Shown here: positions 38,355 through 53,393 of the stretch, one piece after another
How the letters are laid out: each line of letters opens with the position of its first letter
How positions within the stretch are numbered: the stretch's first letter is position 1
Source of the DNA: Octopus vulgaris
Taxonomy: Eukaryota
Direction: 5' to 3'
Length of the DNA: 64,000 bases
Assembly: GCA_951406725.2 (NCBI GenBank)
Contig: OX597842.1
Location: forward strand, 22,010,001 to 22,074,000
Notes under the pieces: model-generated
The model's database searches: none
What the model was told of the DNA's origin: nothing
Seen by the model: only the letters and a program-made list of their open reading frames with translations
Position numbers and translations under genes: made by a program

Positions 38355-39482
38355 TGTCCATTTACTATGCTTCGCTGGGTTGGTTGGTTTGACCTGTGCT
38401 GGCAAACAGGGGTGCTGCCCCCAGTTCCTGTCTGATTTAGATTGCTTTCTACAGCTGGACACTCTTCTTAATGCCCACCACTTTAGAGATTGTATTGAGA
38501 TCTTCACACATGGTCCTTGTATGGGTGTTTTTTATGCAGAGCAGTATAGATGCCCTTTACACAGATCACCATGATATATATATATATGTATTTTTTTTAT
38601 GCCTGGCACTCATTTTATCAGACTACTGCCGAAAGTTCCAGGGATGTAAATATACCAACACCGTTCGTTAAGCGGGAATGGGAGGGGAAGAAACACTAAC
38701 ACAAAGATACACATACATACTGAGACAAATCCAGAATTTCTTTAAAAATTTTAACTTTCATGTGTACGAGCCCACCAAATTCATATTTTCATATTAAATT
38801 CCGATAGAATTCTAATATACACATTCTGAATGGTATTTATAGCAAATTTCATAAAAACGTATTTTTCTGTAAATAACTTAATTTTCATAATTTCAGCAGG
38901 TTTACAAATAGCATTTATGATCGGGAAAATGTAAAGAAATCTTGAATATTGTTAAGATTTCCCACCAAAACAGGTTTGTACAAAGAGAAAACCAAATTTA
39001 ATATAAAATAAGAAGAAAATATTACTTCACTCGCAATTTAATCTCACTCGTTATCTTCGAAATAGTCCTTTCCCCTTCACTTTTGATACAAAAGTGGAAA
39101 TTCATCAAGAAAAATCATTAATTTCAGACGAGATCAAAGAATATCTGACACCAGAAATATCACCGACAAAAACTTATAAAAAAGGGGAATGTATAAAACA
39201 TACATTGGTTTGCTTTAATTACCGAAACGAAATCCAAACGATGTCAATTTTACCTTTCATTGCTTTGGGATGAATAAAATAAAGACCCAGTCAATACAAG
39301 AGGTCGATGGTAGAGACTAAGTCCCACAAACCACCATCAGTAGGCCTTTTAATAAAAACCTTGCTTCTAGCAGATAACTGAAGAAATAATTATATCAAGG
39401 AGAATAACTTGTACGAGCGACTGACCAAACTCTACTTTACCACCTTCAGAAAATGCGAATGTTTTGAAACTGTTAATATTGT

Positions 39483-39602
39483 TATTACAGCCGTATAATG
39501 CTGATTGCACCTTGTCTCGCCTGATCACCGAAGTGAAGCAATGTCCAGCCTGTAGGGTACTTAGATGGGTGACCGCTTGGACAACCTATGTGCCCAAAGC
39601 AT
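39483..39602 (+). pseudogene. 5S rRNA pseudogene
   Basis: Paralog of 8929-9048; retains gatcaccgaag and gtacttagatgggtgaccgcttgg. Confidence 0.8.
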
Positions 39603-39769
39603 CTAATGTATTTTGCAGGGCGGCGAGCTGGCAGGATCGTTAGCACGCCGGACGAAATGCTAACCGCTATTTCGACCGTCGCTACGTTCGTAGTGAATGC
39701 GGGAGATTAGAAGTAAGACACGTACCTTCACTTCGTTGACCCCCTTATCTGTCCGATAGTAATGTACCC

Positions 39770-39920
39770 TTCCACGTGGCCCATCCCGAAACGCTAAAAA
39801 TAGCAGATGCTATCCCTCATCTGGTCGAAGCACTGACACGTCCTGCACTCACAACTTCCCCGATCGAAAAGGGCACCCTTCCTCTTCCGGTCAGCTTCCT
39901 AACCGCTGACGTCATCCCAC
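39770..39920 (-). promoter_or_regulatory. Putative promoter type A (ZNF4)
   Basis: CCGGAAG (39884-39890) and TGACGTCA (39907-39914). Confidence 0.5.
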
Positions 39921-40524
39921 AGTTCTCAGTTCAAATTCCACCATGGTCGATTGGGTCTTTCATCGTTTACGTGTCGATAAAATAAGTACCCGTTGACTAA
40001 ACCCCATCCTCTAGAAGAAGGATATTTTTAGTAAGAGGGATGGTTTAGTGTGAGAAAATGTTAGTAATTGTACACGGTTGGCATGGATAGCATGGCTCTA
40101 ATAAGCATAATCCTTCAGTATGGGAGATTTAAGAAAGTAAATAGAAATTAAAGGGGAAATAAGTAGGTTTCCATTCCTTACACCGAATCAGTATTGGAGT
40201 AACTTTTGACTTTCACTAAATTAGCCAAATTATTAAACAAGATTCTTCAGTGTTTGGCAACGGCGTTGACTAATTATGAATTAACTTGCACTTCACTGAG
40301 TATTTGCTGGTGTACAAGACGCATCCTTACTTTACCAGATTAATACGTTTCGTCATTCAGCCATTGGAAAACGTTTTAAAGTAGTTTTGTAGAGAAAATG
40401 TGGCTGCATTTCACTTTGACCCTTTAACATTGTTCAATGTAATGAAGATGAATGGAAATTGAACTCACGATTGAGCCATGCACCTTCAAATATATATGAG
40501 AAGTTACACAGCTTCATATATATA

Positions 40525-40922
40525 CTAGAAGTATCGCCCAGCGTTGCTCGGGTTTATTTTCTTTTCGACCCTTTAGAATTGGAATTTTCGAAAAGTAAAA
40601 ATCTTGCATTATGTAGCTTGTTATTCTCTAAAAGTGAACAGTTTTCTGGTTGAAATACACCGAAAAACGGCAACACAGCAGTCAAAGAATCGTAAAAATT
40701 GGGGATTCTCATAGTAAAAAAAGCACCATTTTGATCTAAATAATTTTTGGTGTTGACATGGTGCGATTTGAATTTCTCTTCTACGGAAGGAAGGGCAAGC
40801 TTTCTTTTATCATACTCTCAATTTTGGTCAACATACGCCACAGTGTCTCGGTAGAGATAGTGTTAGTTGAAGGCTGCAAAACCTGCCACACACACAGACA
40901 ACTTCAGCTTTATATATATAGA
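40525..40922 (-). mobile_element. Helitron-like element
   Basis: Paralog of 9690-10041. Confidence 0.6.
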
Positions 40923-41555
40923 TATATCGTGCAATGCCACTCCCTGAAAGAAGCATTTGTGCTAGTTCATGTAAAAAGCACACATGCTGATCCATGTGGT
41001 TATTCAACTTACTCCTTCCCCTGAAATTGCTGGCCTTGTGCCAAAATATGGTCAGATACAATAATGCCTTGATATATGAGTTAATTTCTTCCTGGAGATT
41101 GCTCCTAAAGTGAAAACTCATAAAGCAAAGCAATAATTTCCCATAGAAGCAATGTTATAACTTGTAATTCATTCCTAGAAAAATATTTCACCAATAAAAT
41201 TTATAATACTTGTAAATAAATGACAATAAAACAACAGTAGAATGTAAAGAATATTTTATGTAAAGTCAAGAACAATGTCAAGATCATTTAGAATACATAA
41301 AATATTATTATTATAATTGTTTTCTGAATCACTATGAAAAGACTCAGGGACACCATCATTTGTAGACGTGACCACTGATTCACAAGAAACAAGTCTAGAG
41401 CATTTTACTGAGAAGCATTCCTTTGCTCTTTATAAACTTCTTGGTAAGACACAGATGCATTTGTTATGGTAGTAGAGTCTTTCAAAATTTGGATGTTGTG
41501 CTTGAAAAATAAAACTCATAAACGAAGTCTGTACTTTGGGAAATGAATCTATTCC

Positions 41556-42335
<780 letters not shown>

Positions 42336-43631
42336 AATTTTCCTTTCTCTCGTCACAGTACACAAAGGTTTTCCTTCTTCTCGTATATTGCTCTTAACAA
42401 ATATTTTTACTGATATATCTCCATCAAAAGTGATCTTTGTTAATATCTGAAGATGCTGCAAACTGCCTTCTTAATTGCTTTAACTCATTAACATTCAGAT
42501 TACTCTGTCAAATAGAATGTTTATTGAAATTCTTCTGAATTAATCATTCATTATGTTATCATGTTCAGATTTCAATGTTGTGATTGTTTATTTTTAGAAT
42601 GACCTTGTAGGGTGGGTGTGAGGGGTGGGATCTGGCTAGTATGAATATAAAACACACAAAAATATGGCCAGTTTAACCGTTTAGCATTGAGATTCCTTTG
42701 TCAAACGTAATGCTTATTTATTCATATTGTCTTGAATTAATCATGGATTATCTCATAGCTTTGAGACTTCAGTGATTTGATTGTTTATGTTTAAACTGAC
42801 ACTGCAGGGTGAGTGTGAGAGGTCAGAATTATTGTGCTAGTTGAAATGCTAAATGATTAATTAATATGCAAATATAATTTTCTGTGTATTCCAGACAATA
42901 AAGAAGAGAAATTTGGCGACATATATGTCAGAGTTCAGAAGATATATTTTGCAGTAATTCAGTAAATATTTATAGAAACAGGGTTATACGTGTTTTGTAT
43001 AACATCTTTGCTCAATCTTCAAAAGACTTTCCATTCTAATGACGTTGCTTATGTCAAAATTCTGTGAAGCAGATGTCATCTGATAATCTGAAGCGAAAGA
43101 GAAACAACAGTGTAAAACATACAAGATAATTAGGAATTAGAGAGATTAAAGCAGTGAAAGTTTTACTACATTTTTATATAGACATGGCTGTAGAAGTGCA
43201 GGGATGGTCGTGTGGTAAAAAGTTGGCTTCCCAACCACATGGTCCTGGGTTCAGTCCCAGAGTGGCCAATCAAAGACATGTTTGATGGAAACTGAAAGAA
43301 GCTTGACATGTCCCAAGTACCAAAATGAATTCTTATCGAAATAAGCAAAACAGAAATTTAAATACGAGGAACCATTTGATAAGTCACCTGATGGGACATG
43401 TCTGCATCAAAGGATGCCCCACAACTGTTCGTACAGAATCTCACCTGCGAGGCACAGATGTACAATGAGTTGAAACAATCATAATGAATACTAGTCTTGG
43501 AAATTCTATTTTCTTTCTCTTTCTCTCATTTTTTAAACTCTACTGACATGAAGGAATTCCTCAAATAAATCCAGTGTCATTTATATCCATACTGTAGATG
43601 ACATCAGATAGCCAAATACAGTGGGAAGGCT

Positions 43632-43896
43632 ATCTAAAATAATTGATTTATCTGATGATGTAGAGAATGAAGAGGGCAAAACATCATATGATTGTGATAC
43701 CTGTGGTAAATTATTCTCTCGGAAAACTAACCTACTCACTCACCAACGTATTCATATAGGAGGTAAGCCATATCATTGTGATACCTGTGGTAGATCATTC
43801 TCTCGAAATCAAGGCTTGACTAGGCACAGACGCGTCCATACAGGTGAGAAGCCATATCACTGTGTTATCTGTGGCAAATTGTTCGCTCAGAAAGGC
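43632..43896 (+). pseudogene. Inverted zinc-finger fragment in the ZNF5 upstream intron
   Basis: ORF track 43621..43911; paralog of 26095-26359. Confidence 0.85.
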
Positions 43897-44503
43897 AATG
43901 GTATACTATAAGGTGTATATATAAATTTAAAATTATTACTTCATCATCATTTAAATTCCATTTTACACACTGGCATGGGTTGGATGATTTGAAAGGAGCT
44001 AACCAGCTGAAGGGCTGATCAGGCCCCATCTCTATCTTAAAATAGTTTCTATGTCTGGATGCCCTTTCTAACACAAACCCTTTACAGAATGTACTGGGTG
44101 ATATTACGCAGTACCACTGGGTGCTTTTTACGTGGTATCAGCACCCATGAGCCTGCAAGATTAGGGATGCTCAGCTGGAGGGGGTTGCAAGGGACAAGCT
44201 TGTATGCAAGGGCAACCATGCTTTTACTTAGCTTGCTGTGTCTTTTCAAACACAGCAAATTGCCAGGATTCTCGTTTCCTGATCCCCTTCATTTAATGGC
44301 CGCATTCAATACCAGTATCTGTTGGATGGTTTGGTAGGAGGTGGTCAGTCAGAAGACTGCCCCAGACTTGTGTGTCTGTTTTGGCTCAGCTTTTACAGCT
44401 GGATGCTCTTCCTAACACAAACCATACTACAGAGGGTATTGAGTACATTTCAAGTGGAAAGATCACAGGCAAGGTCAGTTTTGGCACAGCTTTTTACATT
44501 TAA

Positions 44504-45528
44504 CCCTTTCGTTACCAAACCGACCAAAGCCGCCCGAATTTACCTATTCATTTTTAAATGAGAATATCAGAGCAAATCTCTTTAGTACATTCGTGAAAAC
44601 ACGTGATTATACTTCGTAAACTGTTCATCTACAGTTTTGTACAATGATCGACGTGTAATTTTAATTCCCTGAATTTTTTTCGGCATCGATTTTTCTTCAA
44701 CTTTGAAAATAGGTAGGAGTTTCACGTTATCAAGCATTGATTCCGAATTGGAAAATTTGTGAAACAAATACTGGGTACTGTTGTGGATTTAGTTTTTATA
44801 CAAGGAAACTAATGTTAGTCAGCATGGTTTAGGGTATGATGTGGTCTGGAAGTTATTGTTTAAAGTGATCAATGCGGAAACAAAAATTTCGCAGAATGTA
44901 AACAAACCCAAAATGGGGGTTTAAATTTCGGAAAATTTGTGAAGCAAATACTGGGTACTGCGTGGATTTAGTTTTTATACAGGGAAAATAATGTTAGTCA
45001 GCGTGGCCTAGAATTTATCACTTCCTTACCATAACCAGGGCCGTATACTATTTTTTGACCGATTTCTTTAGTTCGGTCAAACTTGCGGTGGATTCTAGTA
45101 TTTCACTTTATTCCACCTTTATGGTACACCTGTTGTGCATTAAATTCAACTGATGATATAGTGATGTGCACAATTCTTCTTTATCAAAATTTTGTTGCAT
45201 ACCCATTTGAATATTAGCTGATGATTCATTTTCTATGGTGATGTTTAAACAAAATTTTAATATTTTTACCTTTTGCTCAATTTAAAATTTTAATATTTTT
45301 AACTTTTGCTCAATTTACCTGTAATTAAAGTCACTTTGAGACAAAAGTTATGCAGTAGAATTGATTAAGAACCCATTCTTTAATTATGTTCCAAATATCA
45401 CATTAAGATGTTGATAAGTAAAAAAGTTACAGTTATTTAATGAAACAAGCCTAGATTCATGATTATTTTAGAATTTAATTGAAACTCACGAGGGGTGTAT
45501 TTTAGTCAGAAATATAGTAAGGAAAGGG
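44504..45528 (+). mobile_element. Internally deleted piggyBac transposon
   Basis: TTAA TSDs (44500-44503, 45529-45532); CCCTTTC.TTAC / GTAA.GAAAGGG TIRs; empty site acatTTAAtgtcc at ~14945, 26963 and 61117. Remnant peptides KWGFKF, TGYCCGFSFYT, HGLGYDVVWKLL and GRILFFDRF. Confidence 0.9.
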
Positions 45529-46648
45529 TTAATGTCCATTTACCATGCTTCCCTGGGTTGGTTGGTTTGACCTGTGCTGGCAAACAGGAGTGCTGCCCCC
45601 AGTTCCTGCCTGATTTAGATTGCTTTCTACAGCTGGACACTCTTCTTAATGCCCACCACTTTAGAGATTGTATTGAGATCTTCTCACATGGTCCTTGTAT
45701 GGGTGTTTTTTATGCAGAGCAGTATAGATGCCCTTTACATAGATCACCATGATATATATATATATATGTATTTGTTTTTTATGCCTGGCACTCATTTTAT
45801 CAGTCTGCTGCCGAAAGTTCCAGGGATGTAAATATACCAACACCGTTTGTTAAGCGGGAATTGGAGGGGAAGAAACACATACATACTGAGACAAATCCAG
45901 AATTTCTTTAAAAGTTTTAACTTTCATGTGTACGAGCCCACCAAATTTATATTTTCATATTAAATTCCGATAGAATTCTAATATACACATTCTGAATGGT
46001 ATTTATAGCAAATTTCATAAAAACATATTTTTCTATAAATAACTTAATCTTCATAATTTCAGCAGGTTTACAAATAGCATTTATGATCGGAAAAATGTAA
46101 AGAAATCTTGAATATTGTTAAGATTTCCCACTAAAACAGGTTTGTACAAAGAGAAAACCAAATTTAATATAAAATAAGAAGAAATTATTACTTCACTCAC
46201 AATTTAATCTCACTCGTTATCTTCGAAATAGTCCTTTCCCCTTCAGTTTTGATACAAAAGTAGAAATTCATCCAGAAAAATCATTAATTTCAGACGAGAT
46301 CAAAGAATATCTGACACCAGAAATATCACCGACAAAAACTTATAAAAAAGGGGAATGTATAAAACATACATTGGTTTGCTTTAATTACCGAAACGAAATC
46401 CCACCGACGTCAATATTACCTTTCATTGCTTTGGGATGAATAAAATAAAGACCCATTCAAAACAAGAGGTCGATGGTAGTTACTAACTCCCCCAAACCAC
46501 CATCAGTAGGCCTTTTAATAAAAACCTTGCTTCTAGCAGATAACTGAAGAAATAATTATATCAAGGAGAATAACTTGTACGAGCGACTGACCAAACTCTA
46601 CTTTACCACCTTCAGAAAATGCGAATGTTTTGAAACTGTTAATATTGT

Positions 46649-46768
46649 TATTACAGCCATATAATGCTGATTGCACCTTGTCTCGCCTGATCACTGAAGT
46701 GAAGCAATGCGGAGCCTGCAGGGTACTTAGATGGGTGACCGCTTGGACAACCTATCTGCCCAAAGCAT
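46649..46768 (+). pseudogene. 5S rRNA pseudogene
   Basis: Paralog of 8929-9048. Confidence 0.8.
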
Positions 46769-46929
46769 CTAACGTATTTTGCAGGGCGGCGAGCTGGCAG
46801 GATCGTTAGCACGCCGGACGAAATGCTAACCGCTATTTCGACCGTCGCTACGTTCGTAGTGAATGCGGGAGATTAGAAGTAAGACACGTACCTTCTCTTC
46901 GTTGACCCATATCTGTCAGATGGTAATGT

Positions 46930-47105
46930 ACCCTTCCACGTGGCCCGTCCCGAAACGCTAAAAATAGCAGATGCTATCCCTCACCTAGTCGAAGCACTGA
47001 CACGTCATGCACTCACAACTTCCCCGATCGAAAAGGGCGCAATCGCCCCAACCCTTTACGCACCCTTCCTCTTCCGGTCAGCTTCCTAGCCGCTGACGTC
47101 ATCCC
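46930..47105 (-). promoter_or_regulatory. Putative promoter type A (ZNF5)
   Basis: CCGGAAG (47071-47077) and TGACGTCA (47094-47101). Confidence 0.5.
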
Positions 47106-47757
47106 ACAGTTCTCAGTTCAAATTCCACCATGGTCGATTGGGTCTTTCATCGTTTCGGGGTCGATAAAATAAGTACCAGTTGACTAAACCCCATCCTCTA
47201 GAAGAAGGATATTTTTAGTAAGAGGGATGGTTTAGTGTGAGAAAATGTTAGTAATTGTACACGGTTGGCATGGATAGCATGGCTCTAATAAGCATAATCC
47301 TTCAGTATGGGAGATTTAAGAAAGTAAATAGAAATTAAAGGGGAAATAAGTAGGTTTCCATTCCTTACACCGAATCAGTATTGGAGTAACTTTTGAATTT
47401 CACTAAATTAGCCAAATTATTAAACAAGATTCTTCAGTGTTTGGCAACGGCGTTGACTAATTATGAATTAACTTGCACTTCACAGAGTATTTGCTGGTGT
47501 ACAAGACGCATCCTTACTTTACCAGAATATTTAGGGCAGAAACCAGATTAATACGTTTCGTCATTCAGCCATTGGAAAACGTTTTAAAGTAGTTTTGTAG
47601 AGAAAATGTGTCTGGATTTCGCTTTGACCCTTTAACCTTTAACATTGTTCAATGTGATGAAGATGACAGGAATTGAACTCACGATTGAGCCATGCGCCTT
47701 CAAATATATATGAGAAGTTACATAATAACTTCATATATATATATATATATATATATA

Positions 47758-48988
47758 TCATCATCATCGTTTAACGTCCGCTTTCCATGCTAGCATGGGT
47801 TGGACGGTTCAACTGGGGTCTGGGGAGCCCGAAGGCTGCACCAGGCCAGTCAGATCTGGCAGTGTTTCTACAGCTGGATGCCCTTCCTAACGCCAACCAC
47901 TCCGAGAGTATAGTGGGTGATTTTATGTGCCACCGACACAGATGCCAGACGAGGCTGGCAGACGGCCACGCTCGGATGGTGTTTTTTATGTGCCACCGAC
48001 ACAGGTGCCAGACGAGGCTGGCAGACGGCCACGCTCGGATGGTGTTTTTTATGTGCCACCGACACAGGTGCCAGATGAGGCTGGCAGACGGCCACGCTCG
48101 GGTTGTGTTTTCAGTGTTTTCTTATGTGCCACCGGCACTGGTGCCTCAAGGATACAAATTCCATTGATGTTCATCTATTTTGATTTGGTTTGATTTGATT
48201 TGATTTGATTTTCACTTGCCTCAACAGGTCTTCACAAGTGTCACAAGCAGGAAGGTATGCACAGGTGGACTGACTACGTCCCAGGTAGGGGCCACGGGTT
48301 ATGGCTTCACTAGTCTTGCCGGGTCTTCTCACGCACAGCATACTTCCATAGGTCTCGGTCTCTAGTCATTTCCATGGTGAGACCTAACGTTTGAAGGTCG
48401 TGCTTCACCACCTTGTCCCAGGTTTTCCTGTGTCTACCTCTTCCACGGGTTTCCTCAACTGCTAGGGATTGGCACTTTCTCACACACCTATCTTCATCCA
48501 TTCTCGCCACATGACCATACCAGCACAATCGTCTCTCTTGCACACCACAACTGATGCTTCTTAGGTACAACATTTCTCTCAAGGAACTAACGCTCTGTCG
48601 AGTAAGTACACTGACATTACACATCCATCGGAACATACTGGCTTAATTCCTCATGAGCTTACGCATGTCCTCAGCAGTCACGGCCCATGTTTCACTGCCA
48701 TGTAGCATGGGAGTTCGTACACATGCATCATACAGTCTGCCTTTTACTCTGAGCAAGAGGTCTTTAGTCACCAGCAGAGGTAAGAGCTCCCTAAACTTTG
48801 CCCAGGCTATTCTTATTCTAGCAGTTACACTCTCAGCGCACCCACCCCCACTACTGACTTGGTCACCTAGATAACGGAAGCTATTAACTACTTCTAATTT
48901 TTCCCCCTGGAAGGTGACGGAAGTTGTTTTCTGGGACGTAGTCAGTCCACCTGTGCATACCTTCCTGCTTGTGACACTTGTGAAGACC
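47758..48988 (-). mobile_element. 5'-truncated RTE LINE inserted in (TA)n
   Basis: FRYLGDQVSSGGG, LHGSETWAVT and RLCWYGHVARM motifs; 3' UTR ~58-bp repeats; (GAT)n tail; 58-bp inverted segment at the 5' junction. Confidence 0.9.
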
Positions 48989-49007
48989 CTATATATATAT
49001 ATATATC

Positions 49008-49405
49008 CTACAAGAATCGCCAAGTGTTGCTCGCATTTGTTTTCTTTTTGACCCTTTAGAATTGGAATTTTTGAAAAGTAAAAATCTTGCATTATGTAGC
49101 TTGTTATTCTCTTAAAGTGAACATTTTACTGGTTGAAATACACCAAAAAACGGTGACACAGCACTCAAAGAATCGTAAAAAATAGGGATTTTCATAGAAA
49201 AAAAGCACCGTTCTGATCTAAATAATTTTTGTTGTTGACATGGTGCGATTTCAATTTTTTCTTCTACAGAAGGAAGAGCAAGCCTTCTTTTATCACACTC
49301 TCAATTTTGGTCAACTTGCGCTACAATGTCTCGGTAGAGATAGTGTTAGTTGAAGGCTACAAAACCTGCCACACACACAGACAACTTCAGCTTTATATAT
49401 ATAGA
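49008..49405 (-). mobile_element. Helitron-like element
   Basis: Paralog of 9690-10041. Confidence 0.55.
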
Positions 49406-50043
49406 TATATCATGCAATGCCACTCCCTGTAAGAAGCATTTGTGCTAGTTCATGTAAAAAGCACACATGCTGATCCATGTGGTTATTCAACTTACTCCTT
49501 CCTCTGAAATTGCTGGCCTTGTGCCAAAATAATGTCAGATACAATAATGCCTTGATATATGAGTTAATTTCTTCCTGGAGATTGCTCCTAAAGGGAAAAC
49601 TCATAAAGCAAAGCAATAATTTCCCATAGAAGCAATGTTATAAATTGTAATTCATTCCTAGAAAAATGTTTTACCAATAAAATTTATAATACTTGTAAAT
49701 AAATGACAATAAAACAACAGTAGAATGTAAAGAATATTTTATGTAAAGTCAAAAACAATGTCAAGATCATTTAGAATAGACAAAATATTATTATTATAAC
49801 TGTTTTCTGAATCACTTTGAAAAGACTCAGGGACACCATCATTAGTAGACGTGACCACTGATTCACAAGCAAAGAAACAAGTCTAGAGTTGTTTACTGAG
49901 AAGCATTCCTTTGCTTTTTATAAACTTCTTGGTAAGACACAGGTGCATTTGTTATGGTAGTAGAAACTTTCAAAATTTGGATGTTGTGCTTGAAAAATAA
50001 AACTCATAAACAATGTCTGTAACTTGGGAAATGAATCTATTCC

Positions 50044-50583
<540 letters not shown>

Positions 50584-50994
50584 TCAGTGATTAAGCAGCT
50601 GACTATTTTGAGAAAATGATTTACCAGAGATATCACAATGATATGGTTTTTCTCCTGTATGAACACGCTTGTGCTTGGTTAAGGTATCGTTTCGAGAGAA
50701 AGATTTACCACAGATTTCACAGTGATATGGTTTTTCTCCTGTATGAACACGCTTGTGCATGGTTAAGTGATCGTTTTGAGAAAAAGATTTGTCACAGATT
50801 TCACAGTGATATGGTTTTTCTCCTGTATGAGTACGTTCGTGAATGACTAACTTAGCTTTCTGAGAGAACGACTTGCCACAGATATCACAATCAAATGATG
50901 TTTTGCCCTTTTCATTCTTTTCCTCATCAGAAAAATCAATTTCTTCAGACTCTCTTTTACATTCAACTTCACTCCTAAATAATTCATTTTCCAT
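50584..50994 (-). CDS. C2H2 zinc-finger ZNF6 (3 fingers; probable pseudogene, acceptor deleted)
   Basis: [12 protein letters not shown] leader, 3 fingers, NSQLLNH*. An upstream ~1.7-kb deletion at 51507 removes the conserved splice acceptor. Confidence 0.6.
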   Translation of the reverse strand: MENELFRSEVECKRESEEIDFSDEEKNEKGKTSFDCDICGKSFSQKAKLVIHERTHTGEKPYHCEICDKSFSQNDHLTMHKRVHTGEKPYHCEICGKSFSRNDTLTKHKRVHTGEKPYHCDISGKSFSQNSQLLNH

Positions 50995-51787
50995 AATGTT
51001 CCTTTCTCTTGTCACAGTTCACAAAGGTTTTCCTTCTTCTCGTATATTGCTCTGAACAAATATTTCTACTGATATATCTCCATCAAAAGTGATCTTTGTT
51101 AATATCTGAAGATGCTGCAAACTGCCTTCTTAATTGCTTTAACTCATTAACATTCAGATTAATCAGTCAAATAGAATGTTTATTGAAATTCTTCTGAATT
51201 AATCATTCATTATGTTATCATGTTCAGATTTCAATGTAGTGATTGTTTATTTTTAGAATGACCTTGTAGGGTGGGTGTGAGGGGTGGGATCTGGCTAGTA
51301 TGAATATAAAACACACAAAAATATGGCCAGTTTAACCGTTTAGCATTGAGATTCCTTTGTGAAATGTAATGCTTATTTATTCATATTGTTTTGAATTAAT
51401 CATGGATTATCTCATAGCTTTGAGACTTCAGTGATTTGATTGTTTATGTTTAAATTGACACTGCAAGGTGAGTGTGAGAGGTCAGAATATTTGTGCTAGT
51501 TTAAATGTTCCTGCCTGATTTAGATTGCTTTCTACAGCTGGACACTCTTCTTAACGCCAACCACTTAAGAGACTGTGTTGAGATCTTTTCACATGGTACA
51601 TGTATGGGTGCTTTTTATGCAAAGCAGTGTAAATGCCCTTTACATAGATCACCATGATATATATATATATATATACATACATATAATAATTATTTGAGGG
51701 AATATAAATCCAAACTCACAGGGAAAAAAATTACATATAATAGAAATACTAAATCAAATTTCACAATATAATATATATATATCTAAA

Positions 51788-52072
51788 AAATTAGAAAAAA
51801 CCCACATTTTATCATTTCAAAATGAACAATTAAATTACACCATCTAGAAAATTACATATAATAGAATTATTAAAATTAAAATAACAATAAAATATCCATG
51901 ATTAAGTAACTTGCAAAAAAATAATAAGAACATATATAATTGGTTGAATAACGACACGTCATTGATATTTTAGTGTTATTTTAATTTTAATAATTCTATT
52001 ATATGTAATTTTCTAGATGGTGTAATTTAATTGTTCATTTTGAATTGAGAAAAGGTGGTATTTTTCTAATTT
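51788..52072. repeat. AT-rich inverted repeat (third copy; spacer oriented as at 27.4 kb)
   Basis: Spacer 51897-51963 begins catgattaag and ends gacacgtcatt. Confidence 0.9.
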
Positions 52073-52591
52073 CTCATATATATATATATCTCTTATTATA
52101 AAAGGCAGATTTTATCTGCCTCCCTTTGGGAGTTATACAAATCTACAATATAGCATTTCTTCAATTACAATTTACCTTGCTTTTTTAAGAGTACAATGCA
52201 TCGCGTCATGCCAGGTCCAGTTTTTAAAATTTAAACTCCAATTAAGCAAAATTTACAGAAAACTCACATTCTGGTGTGTGTGTCAAATGCTTTTCTTAGT
52301 CTGGTTTACAGCACACGCAAACGCACACACACAGTGGGCAACGAATAAAATGAAAGTAATTGACTTACTGTAGTGAGTGATTCTTTCACTCTGCCTCCCA
52401 CTTCCTCTTTCAACACATAGACACGCAAATATATAAATAAAATTGTAAGCTAACGTGCGTGTGTGTGAGTGGGTGTGTGTGGGTGTGCGTGTGTGTGTGT
52501 GAGGGTGCGTGTGTGTGTGTGTGTGTGTGCGTGAGTGTGTGACAGGAAAGTTTTTTACGACGAATATAACACCTATATCCAAGTAGCAGAA

Positions 52592-53072
52592 AGATAAGAC
52601 AGTAAGGTGTGATTTGAGGGAGATTTGGCTGCTATTTCTACCATGTCTAGCTGCCATGTAGGGGTCTCCCTCATAGGCTCATACATACATATATACATAG
52701 ATAAGACAGTAAGGTGTGATTTGGGGGAAATTTGGCTGCTATTTCTACCAGGTCTAGCTGCCATGTAGGGGTCTCCCTCATAGGCTCATACATACATATA
52801 TACATAGATAAGACAGTAAGGTGTGATTTGGGGAAAATTTGGCTGCTATTTCTACCAGGTCTAGCTGCTATGTAGGGGTCTCCCTCATAGGCTCATACAT
52901 ACATATATACATAGATAAGACAGTAAGGTGTGATTTGGGGGAAATTTGGCTGCTATTTCTACCAGGTCTAGCTACCATGTAGAGGTCCCCCTCATTGGCT
53001 CATATATATATACATACATAAGACAGTAAGGTGTGATTTGAGGGAGATTTGGCTGCTGTTTCTACCAGGTCT
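52592..53072. repeat. 107-bp tandem repeat, ~4.5 copies
   Basis: agataagacagtaaggtgtgatttg...ctcatacatacatatatacat units start at 52592, 52699, 52806, 52913 and ~53016. Confidence 0.92.
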
Positions 53073-53344
53073 GTTAGGCCTTCTCATGTAAACTCAAGCT
53101 TTCTCATGCCTTGAACATAAGACCAAAGCAGAGAATGTATTCTTTTATTCTTCTGCTTTTTCCAGCCATTGGTCTGTGGCCATGCTGGGGCAATGCCTTG
53201 AAGAATTGTAGTTTAATGAATCAACTCCAGTTTTATTTTTGTAAGCATTGTAAACAAACCAACATTCGTTGTCAAGCAGTGGTGGAGGACAATCACAAGC
53301 ACAGACACGCACACACACACACATACATGCATACACATATACAC

Positions 53345-53375
<31 letters not shown>

Positions 53376-53393
53376 TATGTGTGTATATATATA

